Shown in pieces: positions 52,667 through 64,000 of a stretch of 64,000 nucleotides of DNA. Positions within the stretch are counted from its first letter, which is position 1. Each line of letters opens with the position of its first letter. The position numbers were made by a program, and so were the translations under genes. The DNA comes from Nemertoderma westbladi (taxonomy: Eukaryota; Animalia; Xenacoelomorpha), in contig JAUCBJ010001501.1 of assembly GCA_032718475.1 (NCBI GenBank), forward strand, positions 1 to 64,000, written 5' to 3'. The notes under the pieces were generated by a model. It had not been told where the DNA came from, did no database searches, and saw only the letters and a list, made by a program, of their open reading frames with translations.

Positions 52667-54052
52667 ATGCGTTTTTGGCCTTTAGTTATCACTTCTTCTC
52701 ATTAGTTTCAAAACTTCCTCACTTGACTTAACTTACTTGTAAAACTTAAACTTTAGTGAAACTTGTTAATTATTTCCTATGTAAATGTTTTGATTATTAT
52801 TTATAATTCTGCTCTTAGGTAAAATATATACTTAAAATCTCGCACTATGTAAGTTTTGTGACACATCTATTTGGGAGGTCCCAGCCCAATATCGAACCAA
52901 TGGCGGCCTAAAACCTTCAGACAACAATGATGCAGGGGAGGGATTTCGGCAAGATGCGTAGCGTAAGGAACCCACACAAACACCCACACATTTCGGTTAT
53001 GAACCGCAAGCCTTCATTTAAGACTGCCCACGCCAAGAAGGTAAGACTTCTTTCGACGCCCTCTACCCATCTAAGACCTTAGATCAGGGTGGACTGTTTT
53101 GACGTCCTGGGACGCCATAAAATTTAGGGACAATATCTTTGATCCAGGCAGATACCCCAACGTGCTATGCTGGTGCTAGCAGTGGGTGTAGGTACACTAA
53201 GTGTAACTAGCACACTCGATAATTTGGTGACTGTAACGTACTAGCTATCGGTGTACCAGATAGCAATGTAAGTTAACGTCTGTCAGCTGATCTGCCTGTG
53301 TTTGACGTATTGTCCAGGCAAAAGGGTAGCGTTCATACTAGGGTACTAGCGTTCAATCTGGTTACAATCTGGGCAGTTACTAACATCTACCGCGCGCGCC
53401 CTTGCCATGTACTGCTAGGTACTGCTGCATTAACACCATGGCAGAAAAATTTCTAGAACTAAATTTAAATACCAGATCAGCTAGCGGTACAGTAGTAAAT
53501 ATTAGCATCCTATCTCTATTTCACAATCCGAATCTGGTATTAGGTGCCGATTGCGGGCGTAGTCATTAGTGAATTCAGGAGGAGAGTGGAGAGTGAATAC
53601 AGGAGCCTTTTAACGTCATTTGTAAGTATTTTTGCCTTTTAGAGAGTGACTAAATTATTCTATCAGCTAGCACCCGATTATTTTAGTTAACGGTCACCAA
53701 CACCTAGTAAAGTAAATATGTACAAAATTGCGATTTGCCTTAACACACACACACATAAAACTATGTGTGTAATGCAGTCATACACTTTCCTCAGTCAAGG
53801 CAATTCATTGACATTGCACCTGCGTGCATTCCACCCTTGTCGATGTAAGTTTTTCCACATAGTTTTTCCACATATTGTTTTTATCCAGTGAGTTTTAGAC
53901 TGCTCAATATTAAGCTCAATGGATTTCAACTTAGAAGTAATGGATCCTACATCCTATATAATTTTTTGTTTTGTTGTGAGACGTCCTGGTTGGGTGACTA
54001 AAAGATTTGAATTGCTGATAAACTGTATTGTATTAATCGCTGACATATAATT

Positions 54053-54318
54053 GTTATTGAGTTTACTAATGAATAAAATAAATGTTATTGAGTTTACTAA
54101 TGAATAAAATAAATGTTATTGAGTTTACTAATGAATAAAATAAATGTTATTGAGTTTACTAATGAATAAAATAAATGTTATTGAGTTTACTAATGAATAA
54201 AATAAATGTTATTGAGTTTACTAATGAATAAAATAAATGTTATTGAGTTTACTAATGAATAAAATAAATGTTATTGAGTTTACTAATGAATAAAATAAAT
54301 GTTATTGAGTTTACTAAT
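54053..54318. repeat. 31-bp tandem repeat TTATTGAGTTTACTAATGAATAAAATAAATG
   Basis: ~8.5 identical copies. Confidence 0.95.
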
Positions 54319-55337
54319 AAATCTGCATGTTGAATTGCACTGAATTAATTAATCGTGAAACCATATTGACAAAAACCGGAAAGAACTTGTTCACTAACAT
54401 AACCTATCTATCTATCGAATACTTTCACACAACTGAGATAATAATGCCATTGCACTGATTTAAGTATCTATGTACAATCTGCACCCAAATAGCCCCAAAA
54501 GCCGATTCGGCCCACCCACTATATTTTTGTTAAACTTCCACTACCAAACCTTAAAAAGTTAAAATTTCATAAGCAGGGAATCATATTTTGATGAAAAATA
54601 AAAGTAGTCCCAGGACAAAATTACAAAATTTTTCGTTTTCTAAAAGTATGGCAGTGTTGGCTAGATTTAGTAGGTTTTTTAAGACGCTGAAACGAATGTG
54701 ATTATATTCCATTTCCAAAAATTGAAGTGAATGCTATTTTTCGTAATGTGGTTGCATAGTTACAGCAACTAAAAACTAGGAAGGTACCGATTCCCCCCCC
54801 CCCCCCCCAGTGGTAATAGGGTTAATGATAGATTCGGTGCCGACAGAAGTCGTATGTCAAAAAAGATGGAACATGGGATATAATGACTTTTGACTCATGT
54901 GTCGTAACGTATGACATATCAGTGGAGACGCTCCCATTGAAACCAATGTGTTCTATTATTTATTTCGACATATGACGTACCATTTACTCAATGAAAGTAA
55001 CAATTACATTTGAATCTCGGCTCTCAAACACGGTGTCTATTGGAATGAGCATTAGCAGACGAGTTTATACATAATATAATTTAAAGCCATGCTGGCAGGA
55101 ATTTCCGGCATGTAACTTAGTAATGCTGCAATGTGATTGGCTCATTGCCTATATTACATGATGGAAGATTGTTACAGGGTGGGAAGTTTATTTTGGTCGC
55201 ATACTTCTCAAATACACTGCAAGTAGCCAACTACTACCATCGAATTCAGTTTTTCAAGAGGTTTCGCTTTTTAATGATAGAAAGCTTTCATGTGATTTGA
55301 AGAAATAAATTTTTTGTAAAAACTGTACAATGCCTTT

Positions 55338-55590
55338 GGCTCACTAAAGGAAAGTTTAGAACTACAAGACAAGTGTGTTATATACTATTTCTAGGCATAT
55401 AGTTGTTCTCACCGGGAATATATGTTAAGTTACAGATTTAATTAATTCATCAAGAAGGTTGGCGATAAGGAAATGTCACTGATGGCCCGGGCTGGAAAGG
55501 CCACTGAAATTGCTGTTAGCTCTCGTTTCACAGCAAATATTTCAGTCATATTTTGTATGGTCTCAAATCACATCCTGTTTACAATATTAT
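55338..55590 (+). repeat. Dispersed repeat with an inverted partner at 58210-58390 + 60605-60693
   Basis: The reverse-complement alignment is split by the TTAA element. Confidence 0.85.
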
Positions 55591-56437
55591 TACACTTATC
55601 TTAATTCTTATCATATAGATTATAGAAATATAGGGTTAGACTTAAGAACCAGTTCAATATTTTGATACTAGCCGACGAACACATTCCAATGCAGGCCCAG
55701 TCCTCAACCAACTGAACTACCCCGCCCTAAATACTAATTAATGGACAAGTAAGAACCGATAATGTATAGGTATACTCATCTCCGTCAGATTAACTATCTT
55801 TCTACCGTTGGTCTTATGAATATTATTGAATAATTTAACTATACATATCAATTTTCACAACTCTATTATAAGGCAACAAGAATTTCAGCCATTGGATTCA
55901 ATATAAATGCTCAGAATTTCCATCTCGATTCGTCTTCCAGTATTGCACCATAGTTATTGAAGTAAAGTTTTATGGTGAACATGAATCACGAAACACCGGA
56001 GCCAACCCAAAGACTCCGTTCTCTTGGAAGTTACAATCTGATCAGTGCTCACGTATTTTTCGAGAAATCATTCAGGTCTATTGTATAGGCATGGGAAGAT
56101 AAACATATGCTACGGAAGTATTTGCAGTAGGATTATAAGGACATAGTAAATGTGTTATATTGTAGAAGCGCCAAACATGATAGAACGATATCAACTAGAA
56201 GAGAAACGGTTGTTGCTTACGGAAACAATCCATCACCCGCTGTGTTCTCATCATGAGTGCAAACTAATAACTGCTTCAGGAATGTGTTTGATATCATCTA
56301 ACTCTATAAGAAAATCAATGTTTATTGTCATTTAAAACAACATTGTACACCATCAGCATTTATTAACGTGTATGTATTCAAAACTACAGTAGAGAATTCA
56401 ACGAATTGTGTACCAAAAAATTGTAAATTTTACTACA

Positions 56438-56646
56438 ATGATTGTACTTATCGTTGTAATAGTCAGTCTGACACCCATTCTGGGTAGCGGTCTAGAGGTT
56501 GAGGGATGTGACTCGCACATTGAGCTGTTTTCTGATGATGGGCAAACAGGAACCCCGAAGAACATTTATAGCGAAACCGACTCAGCAAAACTAACTCTTC
56601 TTTCTATCGACAATGATGTATCATCAGTAAACGTCATCTGTGGAAC
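56438..56646 (+). CDS. First coding exon of a signal-peptide + beta-gamma-crystallin-domain protein
   Basis: Hydrophobic leader MIVLIVVIVSLTPILG; Greek-key motif IELFSDDGQTG...DNDVSSVNVICGT; phase-2 donor GTTAGT at 56647; TATAA near 56305. Confidence 0.7.
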
Positions 56647-58390
56647 GTTAGTAAATAAATATTATTATTTAAGGAGATATGAAAAATAATATCAGTCGAG
56701 TATAGGAGTAAAACAAGGCACAGGAGTAATTAGGTAAGTAGGCAAGACCTACTGTATAAAATCATACTTATCTATAGCCTAGTTACTGTACGTTACTTTC
56801 GAATCAATATTCTTTCCACTGACCTGTCTTGTTCCAAGTTTTATTATAACAATAACAACATTGCTAGCGTGATTTGTGGGGCGAGCCACGCAGTCAGGGC
56901 TAGCCTTAGCGCACAATTATAATTAGTAAATATGCCAAAATTTCATTTCCGTCTGCCTGGCTGTCTGTCTGTTCGTCTGTAATTAACAATTCATTCAAAA
57001 ATAACTTGAAGATTTTAACCATTTTCAACCAAATATTGTATGGGCATACTACAGAAGAAGTTCCAATATTTTTGAAAGTTACGGGCAAATACCTCACGAA
57101 CTTTTGACTCCAAATCAAATCGAACTTGTTTCGAACTTGCTTAAGTTCGCATGATGCGCGACGCCTCAGGAACGTGCACTTATGACAATCGGATTAGACC
57201 GGTGCTACTGGTACCGGAACCGGTATCACTGGTGCTACAGAAAATACAAGTTACAGTGAATATCAATTTATACAGTGATCTTCTAATTCCGACCAGCTTC
57301 CTCTGAATTGCTGAATAGGCCCTATTCTTCATACTTAAGCGACGGTTAGGTGAGTACCGGTACATTTTAATACATGATGATGATCAGCTCAACTATAATG
57401 TCCAGAGCCGGCAGAATCAGCAAAGTAGCGCCCCCCAGATTGCACAGGCAGCTATCACTATTTTCAATAAAATATATCACAATATAATTTACAATTACAA
57501 TTTATAATCTATTTTTTCATAAATCATCAATATTTATAAATAGCACATGAAATTGCATTTATATTTATACGATATTAATCTTACAACTGCAGCCGAGCAA
57601 TAGCATAGCTAGTGTAGCTCGACTGCTTAGCTGCAGTATTATGGGAGGGGGGGGGGGGGGGGGGGGGCTGGTGATTGTGATTGTGGAGTACTCAGGATTC
57701 GATTTAATCGTGAAGTAATTTGTTAGTTCATTAGCAGTTCCATTCCAGTCCGCCACGATACAATACCCTATTGGGCGCAAACTTTTGGGTCAGTACTGCA
57801 CACTAATACTGTAATATGATTAAGCCTAATGCTTATAGCCGTTGGCAGGTTATTTGGACTTGCAGAAGTGATCAGACAAATGTCCGTGCCGTGCCCAGTT
57901 CCCGGATTCCATAATACAGTAATACTGTGTTAAACAACTGTAAGCTACAGTAGGTATGCCTACTGCAGTACTGAGTACACTACTGCAGAATGACTTAATT
58001 TCCTTAGTTACGGCTATCAGCTGATATTATTTTGATTATTTCGAATTTAAGGGATCATGTTTAGATATTCGGAAATTTTTTGAAGCCCTTGACTGTTGGT
58101 AGACTATCTGGAACTGTTTTCTGATTGTTGGTGAGTTTTTCAGACTGTTGGTAAGTATTTTTCACTATTGTCCGCAATACAATAGTATTGTCCTTAACTA
58201 GACCTATCCATAATATTGTAAACAGTCGCAGCAAATGTGAGGAGGTGATTTGGGAACATACAAAATATGACTCAAATATTTGCTGTGAAACGAGACCAAC
58301 AGCCATTTCAGTGGCCTGTCCGGCCCGGGCCACCAGTGACATTTCCATTTCGCCAACCTTCTTGATAAATTAATTAAATCTGTAACTTAA

Positions 58391-60548
58391 CCCTATTCCA
58401 CCTGGGGTTAGGCAGAATCTGCCCAACATTTTTTATTTTTAAAAATTCATGATGATGATTTTTATGTATTATTATGAAATTCATTGACTTTTCCTAGAAT
58501 TTAATTGGCTTTCTGATGGTTACAAAATATTTTTTTCATCATTTATACTTTTTGTGCTATGGTGTGTTTTTCATATTGTAAAAGCTTTTGCGGATATAAC
58601 CAGTCATTTTCTCCGCAATATACCGTGTAGGTGTTTTAGTGGACATAACAAGCCATTTCCCCCGCAATGCGCAGTATAGGTGCTTTAGCGGACATAACAA
58701 GCCATTTTTACCGCAATGCGCTTAATACTCTAAAAGACTGGAACTCAGATGACGAAATTTGTCAGCTGATTTACTGTAAACGTGGAACATCTCTTTGTTC
58801 AGCTTGTTCAGCTCAGCCAATCAGAGCGATTTTCATTTTATCTTGTACAGAGGCCTACGGAAAACCGCGCAATGCATTACGGTCTTTGTTTACCTTTCTG
58901 AGCGAGAGAACTGCTTGGAAATTCTTCTGTACTTCTGTGTTGGAAGTTTCAGACTTTGACCTAAACATCAGAAACATCAGATGGCTTTGATTACAAGAAC
59001 GTAAAACTATTAACGCGGCACTACGCAACGCGATTCAACTACCGCATCACACCGCAATTCATGCATTGCTGCACATGGAACACTGCATAAGTAACACATA
59101 CTGACTGTTCACCGCATTATTTGATTCTGTTATTAATTGGTGTTATGTTGGTGTATATTGCTGATATATTTGGAGAATACCGATGAATAATCATAAAACC
59201 CCCAATCTTCTTGATTACTAAAGGTTAGAGGAACAGGTTTACCGGTAGCAACTGCGACTTACATTATAGTGGTTTTTGTGTAAATTAAATGCTATTTCAT
59301 AATCCCTACATGTGTCAGTTGCGATCCTCCTTATATATGATCAAATTCAGTGACGGTCGGCAGATCAGTGCGCAGTAGTGTGAACTAGTGTGAAGTCGTG
59401 TGAAGTAGTGTGAAGGTTAATAAAGCATCTCCTGAAGAATGCGCTTTTTACGAAACTCAGTAGCCATCCAGTTGTGATTAGTATAAGTCATAACTCTGTT
59501 TTATACTTAAAGCGCCACGTCCTAAAGGAACTGTTAATATTTCCCCGATAGTAAATATATTGTCAGAGATTATATATTAACGATCAATCGAATAATACAG
59601 TAGGTCTACACTGCAATCACTATCAAAGCATCCGAATCCAGTCTCCCTTAACTTTGGGTGAATGGTCGCGCACAGGCTGGCTTCGGCTGATGTAACTTCA
59701 GTACATTAAATAATTGATATACAAAAAGACAATTAAAATTGGCAGGTTAAACTGCTAAAGGTCTAAAAGCGCGAACACATATCATAGTCACATTTTTTTT
59801 ATTATAATATCTTTATTAGCCTAACTGGTAGAAAAGATATTCCCTGGTTGGATAGTTCCCCTGGTCAACAAGCTAGAATACAACCAATTACGGTCCAGGA
59901 CATTCATTTGGCTGGGTTGTAAAGTTAAATTCAAACACGAGATTGTCTACTGCTTGGATTAGTACACATCAATCACATTATTTTTTAATAACAAAATACT
60001 AAACTGACAGATAAGCAATAAGTCTACTAGGATAAAACAACAACCACCATTGAACCCAGTATATTCCTAATGTAATACAGCAGACATAAACAGAGGTGAA
60101 TAAATATATTCAATAACAGCACCCCTGGGGGTGTTTCTAATTGTCTGCTATTTATTAGTTATACTATTAGTGAATCTTACATTAGTGAACTGTCTGCCAA
60201 AATATCAAATGTCAACAATCCACATTCTTCCATGGTCTATTAATTTCACTTGGGATGTCTGGCAGAGTTAGGTAGACAGTGGTGTTGGGAGGAGTATGTA
60301 TAGTATTATCTCATCTTTTTACTATAATGGGTTATCTTCATGATAATTAATTTATATGGATATATTATTATAAATTATGAATATATAAAACTCAGAACAG
60401 ATGCATTATATATTTTTCTATAAACCTGCGAAAATTTGGAAAGTTTTGATAAAATTATCATTACTTTTTAGTGTATAATAAACTGTTGGGCAAATTATGC
60501 CCAACCCCAGGTGGAATCTCGAACAAAAGAGCCCAGGTGGAATTAGGG
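58391..60548. mobile_element. TTAA-specific (piggyBac-like) non-autonomous element with nested inserts
   Basis: TTAA|CCCTATTCCACCTGGG ... CCCAGGTGGAATTAGGG|TTAA, with a subterminal inverted segment at 60485-60516. Confidence 0.8.
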
Positions 60549-60940
60549 TTAACAGGAGCCTCTTTCTTTCACTCAGCGCGTCATTGTACATTTATCAGTA
60601 CATTATATATTCCCGGTGATAACAACTATATGCCTAGAAATAGTATATAACACACTTGTCTTGTAGTTCTAAACTTGCCTTTAGTGAGACCAATGTTGAC
60701 ACGCTCTGGAAAATCACCAATGCGTTTTTTTAACTCCGTTTCATGGTTACTACTTACTTGCTTTGTCTTCTCGGGAAACCTAGCAATGAAGAAATTAGCA
60801 ACAAAACTGCATTAAAGTGACTAATAAAATCCAAAACAGATGGAGGTATAAGTATTATTACTACTCATCACTGATGCTGTTATACGATGGGTGTTCTGTC
60901 ATAATTATCCACAATGTATAGAGAGCACAAACATGCATTA

Positions 60941-61209
60941 TCTATACCTATAAAAATCAAATTCTGTCTGTCTCTCTCTCTGTGTTCGAACTCCTCCAAA
61001 ACGGGTAGAGGGATTGCGCTGGAACTTGGCATGTGTGTATAACATTAACCAGTGGTCGTTATAGGCCACTTTTCGAAAAGTTTAATTCACGTTCGGTACC
61101 GGTACTGGGTACCTGTACGTCAGTAGGCCTATACCGGTACCAGTACGCCAGTAGGCCTATGCCGGTAGCGGGAAATACCGGGTAACATGCCTCGGGTATT
61201 GCCTGCTAG
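60941..61209 (+). mobile_element. Non-autonomous Helitron
   Basis: A|TC start, 3' hairpin AATACC...GGTATT, CTAG|T end, no TSD. Confidence 0.75.
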
Positions 61210-61689
61210 TATATTATACAAATCAATAAATGTTTGATGTTTTTAAGTAAAAAAAAATCAACCTAAGAAAAACTTAGATTTTGAAAAATGAACAACAATG
61301 TTGGAGACATGGATGAATCTGAACCCATACATAACTAATATCCTTGTGAACCACTACTCCTTAAACTTCATATAATTAAAATTCGGTTCTTCGATTAATC
61401 ATGATGAATTCTATTTGAGAAAAGTTATCCAACAGGGTTCCATGATTTCAAGCATCCTTGATTACATCAACCATGTATGTAATCAAGGATGTCAAACATA
61501 TTGGACGAGGTTGTACACTGAATGGAAGATGGTAATCGTTGCATATAATATGCTGATATTATCCTTATTATTACATTTATTATCCTAACAAAACATTCGT
61601 CAATACTTAAATGTATAACAGTCCACAGTATGTCCAGGTCCACCTCATTATTAGAATAAATTGTTCGATAATTTTTGCAATCTTTGAAC

Positions 61690-62364
61690 GCATATATCTG
61701 TAGCATGTATCTGTAGCATATATCTGCAGCATATATCTGTAGCATATATCCGTAGCATATATCTGTATCATATATCTCTAGCATATATCCGTAGCATATA
61801 TCTGTAGCATATATCTGTAGCATATATCCGTAGCATATATCTGTAGCATATATCTGTATCATATATCTCTAGCATATATCCGTAGCATATATCTGTAGCA
61901 TATATCTGTAGCATATATCTGTAGCATATATCTGTAGCATATATCCGTAGCATATATCTGTAGCATATATCTGTATCATATATCTCTAGCATATATCTGT
62001 AGCATATATCTGTATCATATATCTCTAGCATATATCTGTAGCATATATCTGTCGCATATATCTGTAGCATATATCTGTAGCATATATCTGTAGCATATAT
62101 CTGCAGCATATATCTGTAGCATATATCCGTAGCATATATCTGTAGCATATATCTGTATCATATATCTCTAGCATATATCCGTAGCATATATCTGTAGCAT
62201 ATATCTGTAGCATATATCTGTAGCATATATCTGTAGCATATATATGTAGCATATATCTGTAGCATATATCTGTAGCATATATCTGTAGCATATATCTGTC
62301 GCATATATCTGTAGCATATATCTGTAGCATATATCTGTAGCATATATCTGTAGCATATATCTGT
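61690..62364. repeat. 13-bp minisatellite TAGCATATATCTG
   Basis: ~50 tandem copies. Confidence 0.95.
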
Positions 62365-63620
62365 TTACGAATTTCCAGAGGTAGTTCATTCCATACCATA
62401 GGACCTTGAAAACTCACGGATCGTTGTGAGGAGTTTAGTCTCATTGTATCTATGTAAAAGTTTATTAAGTGCTGAATTTATTATTAACCAGGTTTTTCTT
62501 GTTTCTTTTTTTGGTACATGTAAGTTAAATAATATTTCTATATCTTGATAAAATTTGTCGAATACTTCTTTATTTGGGACGTTATGAGAAGTGTAGGTCC
62601 AAATGGTTTGTAGGTCAAGTTCTTTCATTAAATTTTGGTATTTGAAATTTAAGTAATCGAACTTAGTGTATTTTTTTGTATTATTAAAGTAACATTCATA
62701 GTTCATAAACATTGTAAATGTTGACTGGTGGTCTGAAGTTCCAATTTTTGTATTACAGGTCCCAGAATTTGTAGCAGCTGTAGTAATATTTGTTATGATA
62801 TGGTCGATGCATGTTTGGGTCCATGGAGTTATTCTGGTAGGGTCTTGGATGAGTTGGATGAAGCTGTAGCTGTTGAGGATGTTTATATATCCAATAGGAT
62901 TGTCCCTAGAAGTTAGCAAGTCTACAGTATATTGGTATCACCAGTTATTATAATGTCGTTATGAGTGTCAAAGTTTAGAAAGAGTACAGTCAAGAAGAGA
63001 GAAGTAGTCGTCGCGGGTCTGATAGAGTTCGTATTAGTAGGGTGTGGTAATATGAACTCTGGGAACTCACCATACTACATGGCTCGCCCCATACCAGCAG
63101 ATACTCAGACTCTAGCTAATCACGGTCTACGCCTGACACTGATTCAGGATTGTACTGTTGTACATGTACATAGGCCTAGACCCTAGAGCCCTACAGCTCA
63201 GTACAGTACACAGACACAGCATAGATACATTATACAGCTCGATGCTCCGCACTCCAGCTTTTACGTCTATCGCTCTACATCAGTACATATTGCTTAGATT
63301 TAGGGCGTTTAATTTCAATCCATGAGTTTTCAAGTTCCTTTATTTTTAAATAATTTCGTTCCGATGTTTCTAAATCTTTCTGCACATAAATAGCCGACCC
63401 ACCTCTATCTAGCTTACCTATTTTTCGATTATCTGTAAAAGGTGATTTGTAGCCTTGAATTTTTAATAGGTCTAGGTTTGATTGGTCCATCAGAAAAGTT
63501 TCGGAAAAAGTAAGCAGATCAAAGTTTTTTTCAATTAATAATAGAAAATCTGTTATGGGTGAAATATTTTTTGAGAGGCTGCGGCATTTTAAATTAAAAA
63601 TATAAGATGTTGACATGTAC
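62365..63620 (-). pseudogene. CR1/L2-type LINE ORF2 remnant (APE fragments joined to the 3' tail)
   Basis: CRSL, FSETFL, RGGSAIYV, PTRIT...CIDHI, SDH, then SFQGPMVWNELP. RT deleted. Confidence 0.8.
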
Positions 63621-64000
63621 AGTAATTTAAATTTTTTATTTTGGTTTTAAAACTTTTTTCAGTGTAGGTTCCTCCATTAATATTAAGATTAGTTATATTG
63701 TCATCTGCGTCTAGGATTGAAAAGGGGTATGTAAGGACTGTGGAAACAGGTAATATGTAGGCCTAGTATGTGTATGGTAATATGTGTATGGTAAGGACAT
63801 TGTGTAAACAGTCTTTGATTAGGCTGGATTTATACACAGCTGGGGACTAGTAATATATACATTAGGTATAAATAAAACCCAAGATTAAATATACAAATAT
63901 ATATTTTTATGGTTTAAAATATTTTCTAGTTGGATTCTGTACGACGGCGATTTTGATGGCCCAACAGACATCGTTACGTTCGGCAGTTATACAAGTTCCC

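Larger units (their letters stand above)
52240..53756 (+). repeat. Right long inverted arm (LTR-like, non-coding)
   Basis: Reverse complement of the left arm. Shared blocks include GGTGGTATATTTAAATTT, CACCCTGATCTAAGGT, GCTAGCTGATCTGGTAT and GGCACCTAATACCAGA. Ends in (CA)n. Confidence 0.85.

Noticed and set aside
59432-59460. Hammerhead-like CTGAAGA...CGAAAC
   Set aside because: Stem II does not pair and no stems I/III were found. The region may be a decayed LTR (59141-~59495), but no TSD was found.
61467-62444. MLQIYATDICYRY repeat proteins
   Set aside because: Artefact of the 13-bp satellite, open in several frames.

Overview
This is AT-rich eukaryotic DNA, most likely from a marine invertebrate (inferred from Nin-domain SINE, CRE/RTE/Bel-Pao elements, tectonin and beta-gamma-crystallin exons), and it is dominated by nested transposable elements and satellites. 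Mobile elements: four copies of one young RTE-clade LINE family (A) and one of a second family (B), an RTEX-like RT, CR1/L2-type fragments, three CRE-like (RT + restriction-like endonuclease) elements, a P-element remnant with 8-bp TSD, two solo LTRs with 5-bp TSDs, and Bel/Pao, Harbinger, TTAA-type and Helitron/Helentron non-autonomous elements. Host genes: a six-repeat tectonin lectin exon (9342-10099) and the first coding exon of a signal-peptide-bearing beta-gamma-crystallin (56438-56646). The most unusual structure is a near full-length CRE-like retroelement (48845-52100) enclosed by two ~1.5-kb diverged inverted arms, each carrying an outward-facing tRNA-like box, CCAAT cluster and TATA box. 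Whether the arms belong to the element or are two independent LTR-like insertions cannot be settled from this window. All alignments were done by eye and many boundaries are approximate.
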